Shown: positions 37,372 to 48,303, counted from the stretch's first letter. The stretch is 64,000 nt of DNA from Methanotrichaceae archaeon (GCA_963748825.1 CAVVKN010000025.1:28802-92801); one strand, 5' to 3'. Notes: generated by a model from the sequence alone, not told the origin. A program made the numbers and translations.

Positions 37372-38742
37372 CTAGACGATGGGCGTCAGGCTGATCCTGT
37401 TCCTATCTTCCAAAAGCATGTAATAGGGCTCGGTTCTGGGGATGATTCCATACAGACACAGACCGCCGTTTAATTCGTTGACCAGCAAATAAGTATCCGC
37501 GGTATGAACAGCCATGTTCATGCTCTCCTGGCCGCTCTTTACCACGAGCACATTTATGTCGTTGGTCTCCTTCCAGTTGCGGATCATCAGGTTAACTAAA
37601 TTGAGCACTGCTTTGTAGCCGAAGGCAAACTCAATGGAATCCAGGCCGATTATGTTCAGTATGGGCCGGCCCGTCCTCTCCCTCAGTGCATCCCATTTTT
37701 CCTGCAGCTCCTTTCCCCATGCTACTGGATCCTCTCCTTCCGGCTGAGAGACAACGACGTTGGTGGGCACAAAAATGTCGCGGGTGCTGAGCTGGTAGCC
37801 GATGCTGGGCAGGATAAAGACGCCTCTGCCGTTTTTAATGGCGTTGGAGGCTAAGGCCGTCAGGATCTGGTAGTACCTCTTGCCCACTCCGTGATCAATC
37901 TCCAGGACATTGCATGAGCCGTACTTCAGACCACCCGTGATGATATCCAGATCTGGAATGCCCGTGGAGATGCGATCATCTTTGGGATCGGGAACCCTTA
38001 CACCATCACTGGCAATTCTGGCATCCTTGTGCTCCCGGTAAGGCTCAAAGAACCGAAACCGGCCGTTGTGCAATGTGACGGTGTAGGTCTTCTGGCCGAT
38101 CTCGACTCCTCGTAGCTTGTCCAGCTTTATCTGCCGAACGTAGCGGCTCCTCATGCTTCCTTCGGCATAGCCTGGCAGGCGGAACTGCTCCATGGTCACC
38201 ACACCGTCCACAATGTAGTCCAGGGGCATGACACTGGCAAATTCGGAGACGAAGATGAGGTGGGTGTCCAGATCACGGGCAAATTCGCAGATATTTTGCT
38301 CGAAACTGTGTTGGGCATCGCCGATGAGGTGGGCGGTATAATTCAAGACCGCGTCCCAGCTATCGATGATGATCATGGGATTGTCCATCTCCTCTGCCTC
38401 GTCAAAGAATACCTTGAAGAAATCCAGGACCGCATAGTAGTTGGATAGATCTTTTCCCACTCCCTTCAGGCTCTCTAAGAGCTTGGTCTGGGTAGCATTG
38501 ACCACATTTTTGGGGGGGACGACCTCTTCCACCCACGGATTGGTGGCATAAAGCCGGCGAGGATCTACGCGAGTGGATATGTACATTCCATTCCGATCCT
38601 CGCATAAGCTATTCATGATCTCCAGGGCTAAAGTAGTCTTGCCGGTTCCCGGCAGGCCCTTGATAAGAAGTGTCTGGCCGCTTTCAACCGTGAAGAAGTC
38701 TTTGATCTCCCTTGGTATAGACATCTGCGGGGCGCTAGGCAT
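37372..38742 (-). CDS. GvpD/KaiC-like (RAD55-type) P-loop ATPase with a degenerate second domain
   Basis: KGLPGTGKTT, YISTRV, IIDSWD, LDYIVDGVV, LDKLRG; second domain ISTGIPDLD lacks GKT. Confidence 0.8.
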   Translation of the reverse strand: MPSAPQMSIPREIKDFFTVESGQTLLIKGLPGTGKTTLALEIMNSLCEDRNGMYISTRVDPRRLYATNPWVEEVVPPKNVVNATQTKLLESLKGVGKDLSNYYAVLDFFKVFFDEAEEMDNPMIIIDSWDAVLNYTAHLIGDAQHSFEQNICEFARDLDTHLIFVSEFASVMPLDYIVDGVVTMEQFRLPGYAEGSMRSRYVRQIKLDKLRGVEIGQKTYTVTLHNGRFRFFEPYREHKDARIASDGVRVPDPKDDRISTGIPDLDIITGGLKYGSCNVLEIDHGVGKRYYQILTALASNAIKNGRGVFILPSIGYQLSTRDIFVPTNVVVSQPEGEDPVAWGKELQEKWDALRERTGRPILNIIGLDSIEFAFGYKAVLNLVNLMIRNWKETNDINVLVVKSGQESMNMAVHTADTYLLVNELNGGLCLYGIIPRTEPYYMLLEDRNRISLTPIV

Positions 38743-38746
38743 GTAT

Positions 38747-39133
38747 TTATTCCTCAATTAATATATCAGCAGCTTTGCACATGCATTTATTGGCACGTTT
38801 CAAGAGTGCGCATATTTGCACCGGATCAACCTGAAATGAAAAGTGGACGGTCTTGTCTTCGCCATTGAAAAAATCAATATCTACCATGGGTAGCGCCACT
38901 ACATTCAAAGTCTGCGCTCCCTCTTCCCTCTGCTTCATGCCCGTATTTTTATTTCTCCAGAGCTTGGACGGGCCTACCTCCACGAATTCAACCTGGCCCT
39001 CGGAGCTGAGCACGGAGAGGTACTTGATCACCGTGGTCTTGCTAACGCCTGCCTTTTTGGCCACATCTACCGTAGTAAGGCCTACATCGGCTTCCCCTAT
39101 TACTTCCAGGATCTTTTCTTTGTATGAGGCCAT
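38747..39133 (-). CDS. HTH transcriptional regulator
   Basis: GLTTVDVAKKAGVSKTTVIKYLSVLSSEG..VGPSKLW. Confidence 0.85.
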   Translation of the reverse strand: MASYKEKILEVIGEADVGLTTVDVAKKAGVSKTTVIKYLSVLSSEGQVEFVEVGPSKLWRNKNTGMKQREEGAQTLNVVALPMVDIDFFNGEDKTVHFSFQVDPVQICALLKRANKCMCKAADILIEE

Positions 39134-39355
39134 TTTAGTGCCGCCGTTCGCTTGGCAAGACTTATCATGCAAAATGTCGTCTTGTAATGAGTCATCTCGT
39201 GAGAGTCATTCCTCTTGCCTATCTGATTTACTTATTTGCCATCCTCATATTTCAATTTTTCATATAGATTTTTGCATGGCAGTTATATCACATCAGATTT
39301 AAGACAGGAATAAATAAATTCTGATCGGTCTTTGAGGAGAGAAAGCAGGAGCGAT

Positions 39356-39985
39356 ATGGCACAGGAAGACAGCAATTGCAAGCGAGGCTACGAAGATCCC
39401 TGGCCGCCTGTGCGCGGCGACTATCAGGTAGGTAGCCCAAAATGCGGTGTGGCGGTGGTAACCTTAGCCAGTCCGCTTTTTCCCCAGAAAGCTGCCATCT
39501 GCGGCCAGTGCAAGACAGAGAACCTGGGCGTAGAGAAGATCGTGGCCAATGTGATATCCAACTGCAATATCCGATTCCTTATCCTCTGCGGCGTGGAGTC
39601 GAAGGGTCATCTGCCAGGTAATACAATTCTGGCGCTGCACAGAAATGGCATAGATGAGCAGGGCAGGATAATCGGCTCCAATGGTGCCATACCCTTCATC
39701 CAGAATCTGCCGCCTGAAGCCATCCAACGCTTTCAGCAGCAGGTGGAGCTGATCGACTGCATTGGTCTCGAGGACATTGTGCAGATCGAAGAGCTGATCT
39801 CCAGATATAGCCGCCTTTGTGAGCCTTATCCCGCGAAGCCCTTCCAGGTAATAAAAAGAAAGGCCGCATCGCAAAAGGTTGCGTTTTGCGATGGGGATCT
39901 ATCCTTTGGAGCGGGGGTTGTCATGGACACATCCGCTTGGCTTGTTATAGAAGTGGTTCATGAAGAAGCTTTGGCAGAGGGATGA
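39356..39985 (+). CDS. Soluble MtrA homologue (MtxA-like corrinoid protein)
   Basis: WPPVRGDY, CKTENLGVEKIVANVISNCNIRF, ESKGHLPG, GAIPFIQNL; no C-terminal TM helix. Confidence 0.88.
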   Translation: MAQEDSNCKRGYEDPWPPVRGDYQVGSPKCGVAVVTLASPLFPQKAAICGQCKTENLGVEKIVANVISNCNIRFLILCGVESKGHLPGNTILALHRNGIDEQGRIIGSNGAIPFIQNLPPEAIQRFQQQVELIDCIGLEDIVQIEELISRYSRLCEPYPAKPFQVIKRKAASQKVAFCDGDLSFGAGVVMDTSAWLVIEVVHEEALAEG

Positions 39986-39988
39986 CAA

Positions 39989-40912
39989 TTGTTTCGATTC
40001 AGCAGAGAGCAGTCCATAGTGAACGTGGCGGGAGTGAAGTTTGGAGGACAGCCCGGCGAGCTGCCTTCTGTTCTATGCGGCACGATATTTTATCACGGGC
40101 ACAAGATTGTAGAGGATGAGGAGAGAGGCCTCTTCGATAGAACGGCAGCGGAGAGGCTGATATCTCGCCAGGCGGAGTTGTCCGAGGAGACGGGATGCCC
40201 CTGTGTTTTGCACCTTTACGCACGCAGCACTCTGGCTTTTGAAAAGTACCTCGAATTTGCAGAACAGGTCTGGAGTGGCCCGTTCATCATCGATTCCGCG
40301 GATGCTGCCACGCGTGGCGCGGCTGCCCAGCTCGTCACTGAACTGGGATACGCGGACAAGGCCATCTACAACAGCATCAGCCTGGCCACGGAGGAAAACG
40401 AGGCGCATGCGCTGCTGGACTGCGAGATCGACTCTGCCATCATTCTGGCCTACAATCCGGCGGAGCCGGGAGTGGATGGCTCGCTAGCCATCCTGGAGAC
40501 AGGAGGCAAGGTGCGCGAGAAGGGGCTGCTGGCCGCGGCCCGCGAGCTGGGACTGGTCAATCTGCTCATAGATCCGGCAGTGTTGCCTTTGGGCAGTGGG
40601 GCCGGGTCGGCTCTGCGTTTTTCCGTGGCGGCCAAGGCGCGCCTGGGCCTGCCCGTCGGCTCAGGCATCCACAATGCGGTCTCTTCCTGGCCCTGGCTCT
40701 CCAAAAAGGAGATGACGGCCAGAAAATGCTGCGATGCGGCGGCAGGGGCCATGCAGCTCCTGGCGGCGGCTGACTTCTTGCTTTACGGGCCCATCGAAAG
40801 CGCCGACATCATCTTTCCCGCGGCGGCCATGGCTGATATCCTAGTCGCGGAAGCGGTGCGCGACCTGGATATTGCGCCAGGAGAGAAGCATCCTCTGCAC
40901 CGATTGGTCTAG
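39989..40912 (+). CDS. MtrH homologue (MtxH-like pterin-binding methyltransferase)
   Basis: GGQPGELPSVLCGTIFY, IYNSI, GSGIHNAVSSW, DFLLYGPIE. Confidence 0.9.
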   Translation: MFRFSREQSIVNVAGVKFGGQPGELPSVLCGTIFYHGHKIVEDEERGLFDRTAAERLISRQAELSEETGCPCVLHLYARSTLAFEKYLEFAEQVWSGPFIIDSADAATRGAAAQLVTELGYADKAIYNSISLATEENEAHALLDCEIDSAIILAYNPAEPGVDGSLAILETGGKVREKGLLAAARELGLVNLLIDPAVLPLGSGAGSALRFSVAAKARLGLPVGSGIHNAVSSWPWLSKKEMTARKCCDAAAGAMQLLAAADFLLYGPIESADIIFPAAAMADILVAEAVRDLDIAPGEKHPLHRLV

Positions 40913-40962
40913 GATGCATCCACTGATTATCGGTAAAAGAAAACACAACTGAATGATGCTAG

Positions 40963-41064
40963 GACGGCATGGTGGTTGATCCGGCACATGAGATCTATGG
41001 CCGGTGCATCGCAGGAAAGGTGCTCATCTTTCCGGCAGGTAAGGGCTCCGCGATGGACTCCTAG
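40963..41064 (+). pseudogene. Internal fragment of a DUF126 (aconitase X swivel) gene
   Basis: DGMVVDPAHEIYGRCIAGKVLIFPAGKGSAMDS*. Confidence 0.75.
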
Positions 41065-41909
41065 GCAACCACAATGTCGTATTTGGTTTCATGAATAACG
41101 AGGGCGGGCCTACGCTTAATTGAACTTAAATCTTAAATCTGTAAAAGGGAATGGGACTACGATGATCTTTCCTTTCATCAATAAACGTCAGGCTCTTTAT
41201 CTACATATTTAGATAGCGCTTGCTGTGAGAGTCGCATAAGCCCTCTGGTGATTTCCCTCTCATCGCCTGGCTCTTCCAGATCGTAAGGGAGATCGCGGGT
41301 TATGATCCGGCGCTCCAATACTTCACACATCGATATTACTCTCGATTCTTGATATTAAAGCTTAATCACCAGAGCTGCGGCCTTCCTCTCCCTGGCCTTC
41401 TGCCTGCCGCCTCGGCATCCATCTTGCTGGCGCTCCCTCGCGGCGCCTTCGTCCTGCTGCCCTCGCGCCAGGAGCTTAAGGGCCTCGGCCTGCACCAGGG
41501 TCGTTTCCGCCTCTCCTTCACCTTCTGCGCCCCCCCCGCGAGCCCGCGGGTGCAAGCGCGGCCTTCTACAGGGCCTTCTTGCAATCGCCTGAGGTGGTGG
41601 TGGCGCAGGGAAGACAGATGCGCCACAATTCGCGAGTTGTTCATAGCACCATATACAACTCTCCAAAATCAGCCCAAATCCTCTTTGGCCTAACTGCCTG
41701 TTCATATAGTCTTGGTAAATCTAGGTTTACAACCAGCAGATCGCGATTAATCAGCATCCGTAATAGTAAATAGCGAATCCACAATCTGTCGCGCACAATA
41801 AGGGGGTTTGAGCCAGAAAGTATCCTTATAATATATAATATCCTGTGGTTTAATGGATCTAGAAAAAAGAGGGGATGGATTGCAGGTTACACACTGCATG
41901 GTGGAAGAA

Positions 41910-42120
41910 TCAGCCCTTGTATCCCAGTTCCTTGACCTTTGCAAAAGACTTCTCTGCTGCATCATTATTTCCTAAACCATTCTCTGCAAGACCCTTACCA
42001 TGCCAAGATTCGGCTATTTTGGATTTATTGATTCCGATAACTTTTTCAAACGAAACAAGGGCCTCTTCAAATTTATATAATTCAATCAAAACCAACCCTG
42101 TGGAATAGAACGCCTCTATG
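41910..42120 (-). pseudogene. C-terminal fragment of a TPR protein
   Basis: AFYSTGLVLIELYKFEEALVSFEKVI..AESWHGKGLA..AAEKSFAKVKELGYKG; no credible start. Confidence 0.7.
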
Positions 42121-42240
42121 ATAGCTTCATTGAGGCCACTAGTGGTGGAAGCCTCACGAACTGACCTAAGTTGTGATATCACAAATTCCGATAAATCCGT
42201 GAAGCCTACTAGTTACTTCTCCGCGGCCTTGGCGCCTACC

Positions 42241-42819
42241 TTACCGAGAGATACTGCTGCCTGGGACGCTGCTCCTTCCAGCGGACCGTGCCCGATGCGT
42301 CTCTTGCTGATAATCAAAGTCCGAGCACTGGCCTTCACGGAATTTGTAGATGAGATAGTCTCCGAAGGCATGCTCCTGGCCGTCCATGGCCAAAAACTCT
42401 CCACGGTCCTCCTCAGCTGCTGCTGCACTGATGAGGTTCTCTATGTCTCCGCACTTTTTGACTATGCTCAAGAGGGTCTCGTTGAGAATCTCTGTCAATA
42501 TATCCTTATCCAGGATCTCGCACAGCCTGTCAACCACCTGAGCATGTCCTGCCGTGAGACGGGCAGTCTGGCCGATGAATGTGGAGTTCAGATCTCCGAG
42601 GTTATGCTCGAAGTAGCCGCGTATGCCAGCATCGACCTCCTCATCAATTCCAACCAGGTATAGCATCTTCTTCGCCTGAAAGGTAGCGATATCGTTGATG
42701 CGAGCAGAACAGGCAATTATTTCTTTGGGATCGATCTCAAGATAATCTGCCAGGGCCTGCTTGCGTTGCTCCATGTCAATACTTTTTATCCTTTCTAACT
42801 CTCCTACATCAACCATCAT
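42241..42819 (-). CDS. Hypothetical acidic protein
   Basis: Long ORF with host-like codon usage; GAGGGTGA RBS. Confidence 0.7.
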   Translation of the reverse strand: MMVDVGELERIKSIDMEQRKQALADYLEIDPKEIIACSARINDIATFQAKKMLYLVGIDEEVDAGIRGYFEHNLGDLNSTFIGQTARLTAGHAQVVDRLCEILDKDILTEILNETLLSIVKKCGDIENLISAAAAEEDRGEFLAMDGQEHAFGDYLIYKFREGQCSDFDYQQETHRARSAGRSSVPGSSISR

Positions 42820-43136
42820 ATCACCCTCGCCTGGACTAGCCCAAGCCATCATTTCGAGAATTATCTCGGACCATCTTGGGCGTTATTGGATTTGTATGTG
42901 GCGATCGATTTTGCTAGAAGTAAATTGCGGTTATATATGCCACCTAAAATCGTTTTTTTTATATTGAGAGAAAAGTTTATTGAAATCGATATGTGTATAG
43001 CTAATGGCACTTCCGTCTTTGATAGCAAAGTCTTTTATTCAATGCCATCCGACTGTATATAGAATATTGGTCTATGTATAGTACCAGTATTGTAGCATCA
43101 ATCGTTATTTGGATAATCTGAAGTTGGAGGCAGTTT

Positions 43137-43439
43137 ATGGTAGAAGTAAGAGCAAATCCAGATTATGAGTCTTCTTCTCCTTTTGGGGCTGAAGAGCACT
43201 ATCGTGAGTTCACCTGTAGAGAGGAATATGAAGGCAAAGAGTGTGGCTTCCAGGTGCGGGCCAAGACCGATGATGAGGTCATAGAGCATGCACATATGCA
43301 CCAGAGCTTAGCTCATGGCGTGAAGGAGAGATCGCCTGATATGGAAAAGAAAATCAAGGCATATATCAAGGTAGTACCGATCAAACTCGGAGATTCAAGG
43401 GTAGCAAAGAAAAAATCTCTCCTAGATACTTGCCTATAG
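43137..43439 (+). CDS. DUF1059-like small metal-binding protein
   Basis: FTC..ECGFQVRAKTDDEVIEHAHMHQSLAHG. Confidence 0.8.
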   Translation: MVEVRANPDYESSSPFGAEEHYREFTCREEYEGKECGFQVRAKTDDEVIEHAHMHQSLAHGVKERSPDMEKKIKAYIKVVPIKLGDSRVAKKKSLLDTCL

Positions 43440-43688
43440 ATCCAAAAAATATCCAGGAGTAATTTCGGAAAGCTATTTTTTTTCAACCCATAATATTTCT
43501 CGTTCCAGCCAAAATATCTATCACAGCCTCCAGCATCGGGCCAGAGCGTCCCACACGCCGCCCACGGCTCGCGCCCGGCATCGAGCTAGGCTGTCACTTA
43601 AACCTGTGGTCGCTGTGATCTGCTTGGTGCTGACCGGACCTCCGTGAGCATGGCCCGGACCTGCGCCAGCTCCCCGGTGATCAGCCTT

Positions 43689-43741
43689 TGTCAACGCCGG
43701 GATAAAATTGTCCAATAGTGGCTGAATAAAACTGTCCAGTT
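43689..43741. mobile_element. Orphan IS21-family-like terminal sequence
   Basis: TGTCAACGCC start with internal repeats ATAAAATTGTCCA / ATAAAACTGTCCA. Confidence 0.6.
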
Positions 43742-43899
43742 CTACTTAAGGCTTCTTCACGGACCAACCTATTGCGACTGAGAAGCGTCCATCTCAATAA
43801 TGTCCTTCCTGCCAGAAAACAAGATGTGGAAGATAATTTCAGCACCTCTGGGCTTTACGAATCTTGAATTCCGCTTTGCCTGTCTTCTTGTCTGGCATA

Positions 43900-44319
43900 T
43901 CACAGTTCCATATCCCGGCCAGGCCCCCACTCATCCCCCACCTTAAATCCATCGAGAGTGACTTTGAGCCTATCGATCACGAAATCAATGACCGCCCGGC
44001 CACGCAGATCTATACCAGGTCCCTCATCGAGCAGTTCCTCATAAAGCTCTTTGGTCACTTCCTCGTAGTCGTAGTATGAATATTCCAGGTTAACGCTACC
44101 CCGTATCTGCTCTTTTAGCATAGCGATAGCATCCTTCATGAGCGCGTAGTTTGCCTCCACTGGAGTAACAAAACCAAGCTCAATAAATTTGCGGTCGAGC
44201 GCCTGCATACATTTGTAATAGTCGCCTCCCAGGGCTTCAATAATGTCATTCTTTGCTTTTGCCATTTCACTCTCGTGCGTTGTTTGCTCATTTTCCTTCA
44301 TTCCCTGCATTCCGATCAA
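43900..44319 (-). CDS. Hypothetical protein
   Basis: 139-aa acidic helical ORF. Confidence 0.55.
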   Translation of the reverse strand: MIGMQGMKENEQTTHESEMAKAKNDIIEALGGDYYKCMQALDRKFIELGFVTPVEANYALMKDAIAMLKEQIRGSVNLEYSYYDYEEVTKELYEELLDEGPGIDLRGRAVIDFVIDRLKVTLDGFKVGDEWGPGRDMEL

Positions 44320-44711
44320 TTCCTTTCTTCTTGATTCACTCTAAGCTTCAGCCATCCTCTTCGCAGCCTTTACATTCATCGCCTTTTTTGGGATCTATAC
44401 GCCCGTATCCTGCCGCTATGCCATTATAAATCACCGTCTATCAGCTCATTAACAGGATCTATGTTCTTCTACAGGATTTATGTACTTCTTCTATGTTCTT
44501 CTGGCAAGGCGTAGGAGTCCGCTGATTTTTGCTCCCAAGCACAATTCACATTTTGCCAATTCTTTTTAAAGCGGCTCCCACAGAGTATTCCAGCTAGAGG
44601 CGTATGCATTTTTGCGGCTTGGTAACCGCCAGAATTGCCACCAGCTCTTAGATTTGGCATTTTTGGAGTATAAAAAAGATCGCTGTATCTCATCTCCTCT
44701 TGATGAGATAA

Positions 44712-44972
44712 TTATGAAGCATCCTTACTAAATACTTCTATATAATGATCGATATCTTGTCTCAAGTTCTCGTAAGGGCTTTGTTCGCATGGGAGATCTG
44801 ATTCTTTTGCCATTTTTAATAGTCCTACGATAAATCGTCTATCCGAAGTATAATCCCCAACTTGGGGATTACTCAGTATAACATTATACAAATACTCATA
44901 TATCTCAATGCAATTGCGTCTATCGAGTATTTCCGCCCAACGCGCTCGAATTGTAGTTTCATCCATATCCAA
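44712..44972 (-). CDS. Hypothetical protein (AT-rich)
   Basis: 86-aa ORF. Confidence 0.45.
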   Translation of the reverse strand: MDMDETTIRARWAEILDRRNCIEIYEYLYNVILSNPQVGDYTSDRRFIVGLLKMAKESDLPCEQSPYENLRQDIDHYIEVFSKDAS

Positions 44973-45164
44973 TATTTAGAATGGCTAAAGCTAAAAACAT
45001 TTGGATACATGTTCGGATGGGTTATCGAGGATTCTGTCTCTTTCCTTTTGAGATCAGAGATCCCCTTTTGATCTTCCTTTTTCACCGCCAGAATCGCTGG
45101 CTGATGCTTTGGGTGAGCTGTGCAATGTGCGCCAGTAGGAAGCTGATCATTTTATCTCTCGATC

Positions 45165-45380
45165 GTGATATTTTGGAAACGAAAAGCAAGCCTTGTCCAG
45201 CCCCGACAGGTCAGCACAAAGCTACTGGAATTGGAAACGGCCAAGCAAATTTTGCAAGAGGTCTTTCATGCCCGATCAGCTGATGTTGAGCAGATGATCC
45301 ATAGCAGGCTTGAGGAGCGAAGTCGCCGTCAGGAGTACGAGGAAGGACTGTGGCCTGTTACCTTCTGCGTGGGTGAGTAG
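45165..45380 (+). CDS. Small hypothetical protein
   Basis: LELETAKQILQEVFHARSADVEQMI; followed 2 bp later by a truncated gene start. Confidence 0.55.
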   Translation: MIFWKRKASLVQPRQVSTKLLELETAKQILQEVFHARSADVEQMIHSRLEERSRRQEYEEGLWPVTFCVGE

Positions 45381-45382
45381 CA

Positions 45383-45430
45383 ATGGGACGTAGCTTCGGG
45401 AGTTTACGCATGAGCGTGAAGGATGTGTCA
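45383..45430 (+). pseudogene. N-terminal stub of a small protein (possibly the PolB2-associated arCOG07300-like family)
   Basis: MGRSFGSLRMSVKDVS then abrupt AT-rich sequence; family assignment from recollection only. Confidence 0.35.
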
Positions 45431-45562
45431 CCACTACCGGACGAAATTCATAAAAAGTCTACAAAACCCCTATAATTATATTGTAGTTATAAGGGAAAAT
45501 GTGTACTTTTTGGGGCACGAGAACCAAAAAGGGGGCTTTGCAGGCCTCTCTCGACAGATCTC

Positions 45563-45907
45563 TTATCGCAGCCATCTAAAGCCTGGTTCCCCTATTTTGT
45601 TGAGGTTTTTCATTATCCCCACTGCATCCTCTTTGTTTATCTGGGTCTTTATTATCTTAGATGATATGCAGCGCAGAGCCTTCTTCTGCCTTTTAATTGC
45701 ATCGTTGTCACCGAATTTATCATTTAGGCCGAAATCGTCAAACAGATGCTCCTTATCCGTCTTGGCCCATAGGCCAGGGTCATGTGCTAAGAGCCCCCAT
45801 TTTTCAAACATCGCTGCAGCCTGATCCAGAAGACCTTGATCGAAATTATTGAGGATCTCGCACTCCTGGATGTTCTTCATGAAATCATCTCTCTTCAAGT
45901 AAATCAC
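45563..45907 (-). CDS. Hypothetical protein
   Basis: 114-aa ORF. Confidence 0.55.
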   Translation of the reverse strand: MIYLKRDDFMKNIQECEILNNFDQGLLDQAAAMFEKWGLLAHDPGLWAKTDKEHLFDDFGLNDKFGDNDAIKRQKKALRCISSKIIKTQINKEDAVGIMKNLNKIGEPGFRWLR

Positions 45908-46207
45908 TCCATTGTTATTTGTTATGATTCAATAGGATTTAAAAGTTTGTTCCTGCTCTAGCAGGGCATGTATAAAAAAAATTTAGGACAGACGGTTCAG
46001 GCATGCTGCAAACCCCCCTGATAAAAGGATGCGACGTACTCCTTTGACCATCCACCGAGCAGAGAACCCTGGCCACACGCTCTTCATGGCTTCTTTCATG
46101 ACCTGAATGGGGCAGACTCATGCCGCTGGTACCAGACGCTTCCATGGGCGGAACGGGATTATTAGCCAGAGATTGACTCCATGTACCATGTACAGGGCCC
46201 TATCTAC

Positions 46208-46272
46208 TATACCCTCGGCTCTTTGGCCTTGGCGAAGGCAGCATCTGCTTCGTTATCACGGTAGAGTGCCAC
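46208..46272 (-). pseudogene. TPR-protein C-terminal stub
   Basis: ALYRDNEADAAFAKAKE, the same tail motif as 41910. Confidence 0.5.
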
Positions 46273-46453
46273 TTACCCTCACTTTCATGGGATGATTATG
46301 GGCATCCTTATCGTACACGTCTATAGTGTTCGATATCTTGTTTTAAGTTTTTTTAAAGGCCTGTCTCACATAGGTTCTTATTCTTGGGATAATAACAGTA
46401 GATGTACAAAAATCTCATTGCATAAAAAGTGCAATAATTTTATGGAGGGTACT

Positions 46454-47005
46454 ATGGCTGATAGTAAGTTGACTGAAGCTGCAAGACAGTTTGCAGCAAA
46501 GATGGACCTGGGTGCCTATCTGGAGGCTGCAAAGATCAAGTCCGACTTCAGTCTGCCAAATGATATGCTAATAGAGGCAGTCCGCAAAGCCTACGATGCC
46601 AATGTGAAGGAAGGCGATTATTCTCTTGCCGCAGATCTGGCCAAGAAGTACGACCTTCCTGCCGATCTTCGCCTGATGGCTGCCCAGCGGTCATTCGACA
46701 GAAAAATCGACAGCGAGTTTTACCGGGTTGCAGCCGATTATGCCAAGGAATACGGCCTGCCCGATGATATTGTCCGACAGGCTGCGATCCAGGCTTTTAA
46801 TAAGAGCATAAGCTTTGGTCTGGTCAAGAACGCGGCCGAGATCGCTGAGGAATTCGAGCTTCCGCAAGAGATGAAGCAGCAAGCGGCCATGAAGTCTTAT
46901 GAGCAGCACATGCAAGCTGGCCTTTACCACATGGCCTTGAAGATCGCTCAAAAGTACAAGCTGCCGGAAGAGATGGCGCAGGCGGCAGAGAAGAAGCTCT
47001 CTTAA
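46454..47005 (+). CDS. Helical-repeat protein (about 36-aa period)
   Basis: AAKIKSDFSLP / AADLAKKYDLP / AADYAKEYGLP / AAEIAEEFELP / ALKIAQKYKLP. Confidence 0.8.
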   Translation: MADSKLTEAARQFAAKMDLGAYLEAAKIKSDFSLPNDMLIEAVRKAYDANVKEGDYSLAADLAKKYDLPADLRLMAAQRSFDRKIDSEFYRVAADYAKEYGLPDDIVRQAAIQAFNKSISFGLVKNAAEIAEEFELPQEMKQQAAMKSYEQHMQAGLYHMALKIAQKYKLPEEMAQAAEKKLS

Positions 47006-47076
47006 TGGTCGGGCAAAGAAGCAAAGCCAAATGCAATAAATAGCCTTTGATCTTTAGTGCTGCATATCCAGTTACA

Positions 47077-48302
47077 CCCTGCATTCCGCATTAACGTTCC
47101 AATCCATAATATTTTTCGCAAGCCGGACCGAATAGCCGAATAATTTTAACAAGATTGTCATTCAGATTAGCAATCTGTTGGTACATTTCTCCATTTGTCC
47201 AAACTGTAACCTCTGTAACTCCCATGAATAGGAAGACGATCCACTTAAGGGTAGGCTTTTGTGTTTGCTTTTTCAATTGATTTGGTGTCGTCTCTCCTGT
47301 TTCACGCATCCGTTTTCTGAGCATCCACTCCGCAATAGAATGTTTGAGGTCATTCGTAGCTAGAATAAACATTCCAAGCTTGGATTTCACTTCGGCTACC
47401 TTTTCAGCGTTGAACTCGATCTCAGCCTCGATTTGATGGACTTTCCGAAGCTCTTCTCCCTTTCTGGGTCTCCCCCGCATCTTTCCGTTTCTCCTGGTGA
47501 CCAATTTAACGGATAGATCCTTGGATCTGCAAAAAGGATGCTCAGCTAACCATAATTCAGCTTCTTTCCTTGCATCTGCCTCACATGCGAACTCGCGACG
47601 CTTGAGCTTGGCCAGAGATTTCTCTGCTTGTGTTTTCTCCTTGGCAAGCTGCCTTTCAAATGTCTTTTCCTTGTGTTCTTGCATCGGCTGAGATTGGAAA
47701 AGAACCCATTTCTGCGGTATGCCACCATAATTCGAGGTCGTCGAGAAATATTTGTAACGCGAATCCTGGCAATCGACCAGATCGACTTCGCGATTTAGCA
47801 GACATATTCTTCTCGCTATAGACATCGCTGTCCGCCATGTAATAGGAGGCATCGTCCAAATTGAGGCCCTTCTTGATCATCATGAAGTCTTCAATGATCG
47901 TGTTTTTATCCGAAGCATTGCCGGAATAGGCTTTGGAAAAAAGAGGTATTCCGTCCTGGTTCGTTACCAATCCGAGGATAAACTGCTTCAGATCCATCCG
48001 GCCATCTTTGGAATGGCCTAACGTTATCTCGATAGCGCTCTGACCATCATATACATCATACTCACCTTGAAGACTAAAGCTCGTAGTATCAGCATGAAGC
48101 CTCTGGACTCCAAGATCCTGGTGGCTCATCACATTCAGAGATATATCATTGAAGAGTTCAGTGGGTCCATAAGCGTAAATGCATCAAGAGTCCTTCCCAG
48201 AACATCGTCGTTTAGGTCGGCAGCCTTAACGCCCTCTCCGAGTAACCTTTCAATAGGAATCTTTTCATAAAACTCAGAAAATAAATACAACATCTGACCA
48301 AC
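47077..48302 (-). mobile_element. Degraded IS1634-family element (frameshifted and deleted transposase)
   Basis: LNDDVLGRTLDA; HADTTSFSLQGEY..GHSKDGRMDLKQ..SGNASDK; REFACEADA; FILATND; KPTLKW; terminal CCCTGCATTCCGCA. Confidence 0.88.
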
Positions 48303-48303
48303 A

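Noticed and set aside
37372-38742. Gas vesicle or circadian clock locus
   Set aside because: No gvpA/gvpN or kaiB nearby; only a family-level ATPase resemblance.
9900-40900. Many antisense or alternate-frame ORFs overlapping housekeeping genes
   Set aside because: Shadow ORFs expected from GC-rich codon usage.
39356-40912. The energy-conserving mtr operon
   Set aside because: mtrEDCB/FG are absent and MtrA lacks its membrane anchor.
41200-41705. GC-rich patch with overlapping ORFs
   Set aside because: Probably a decayed gene fragment, but no frame gave a recognisable protein.
43521-43560. Short similarity TCACAGCCTCCA..TCCCA..CGCC with 53288-53323
   Set aside because: Too short and degenerate to distinguish from chance by eye.
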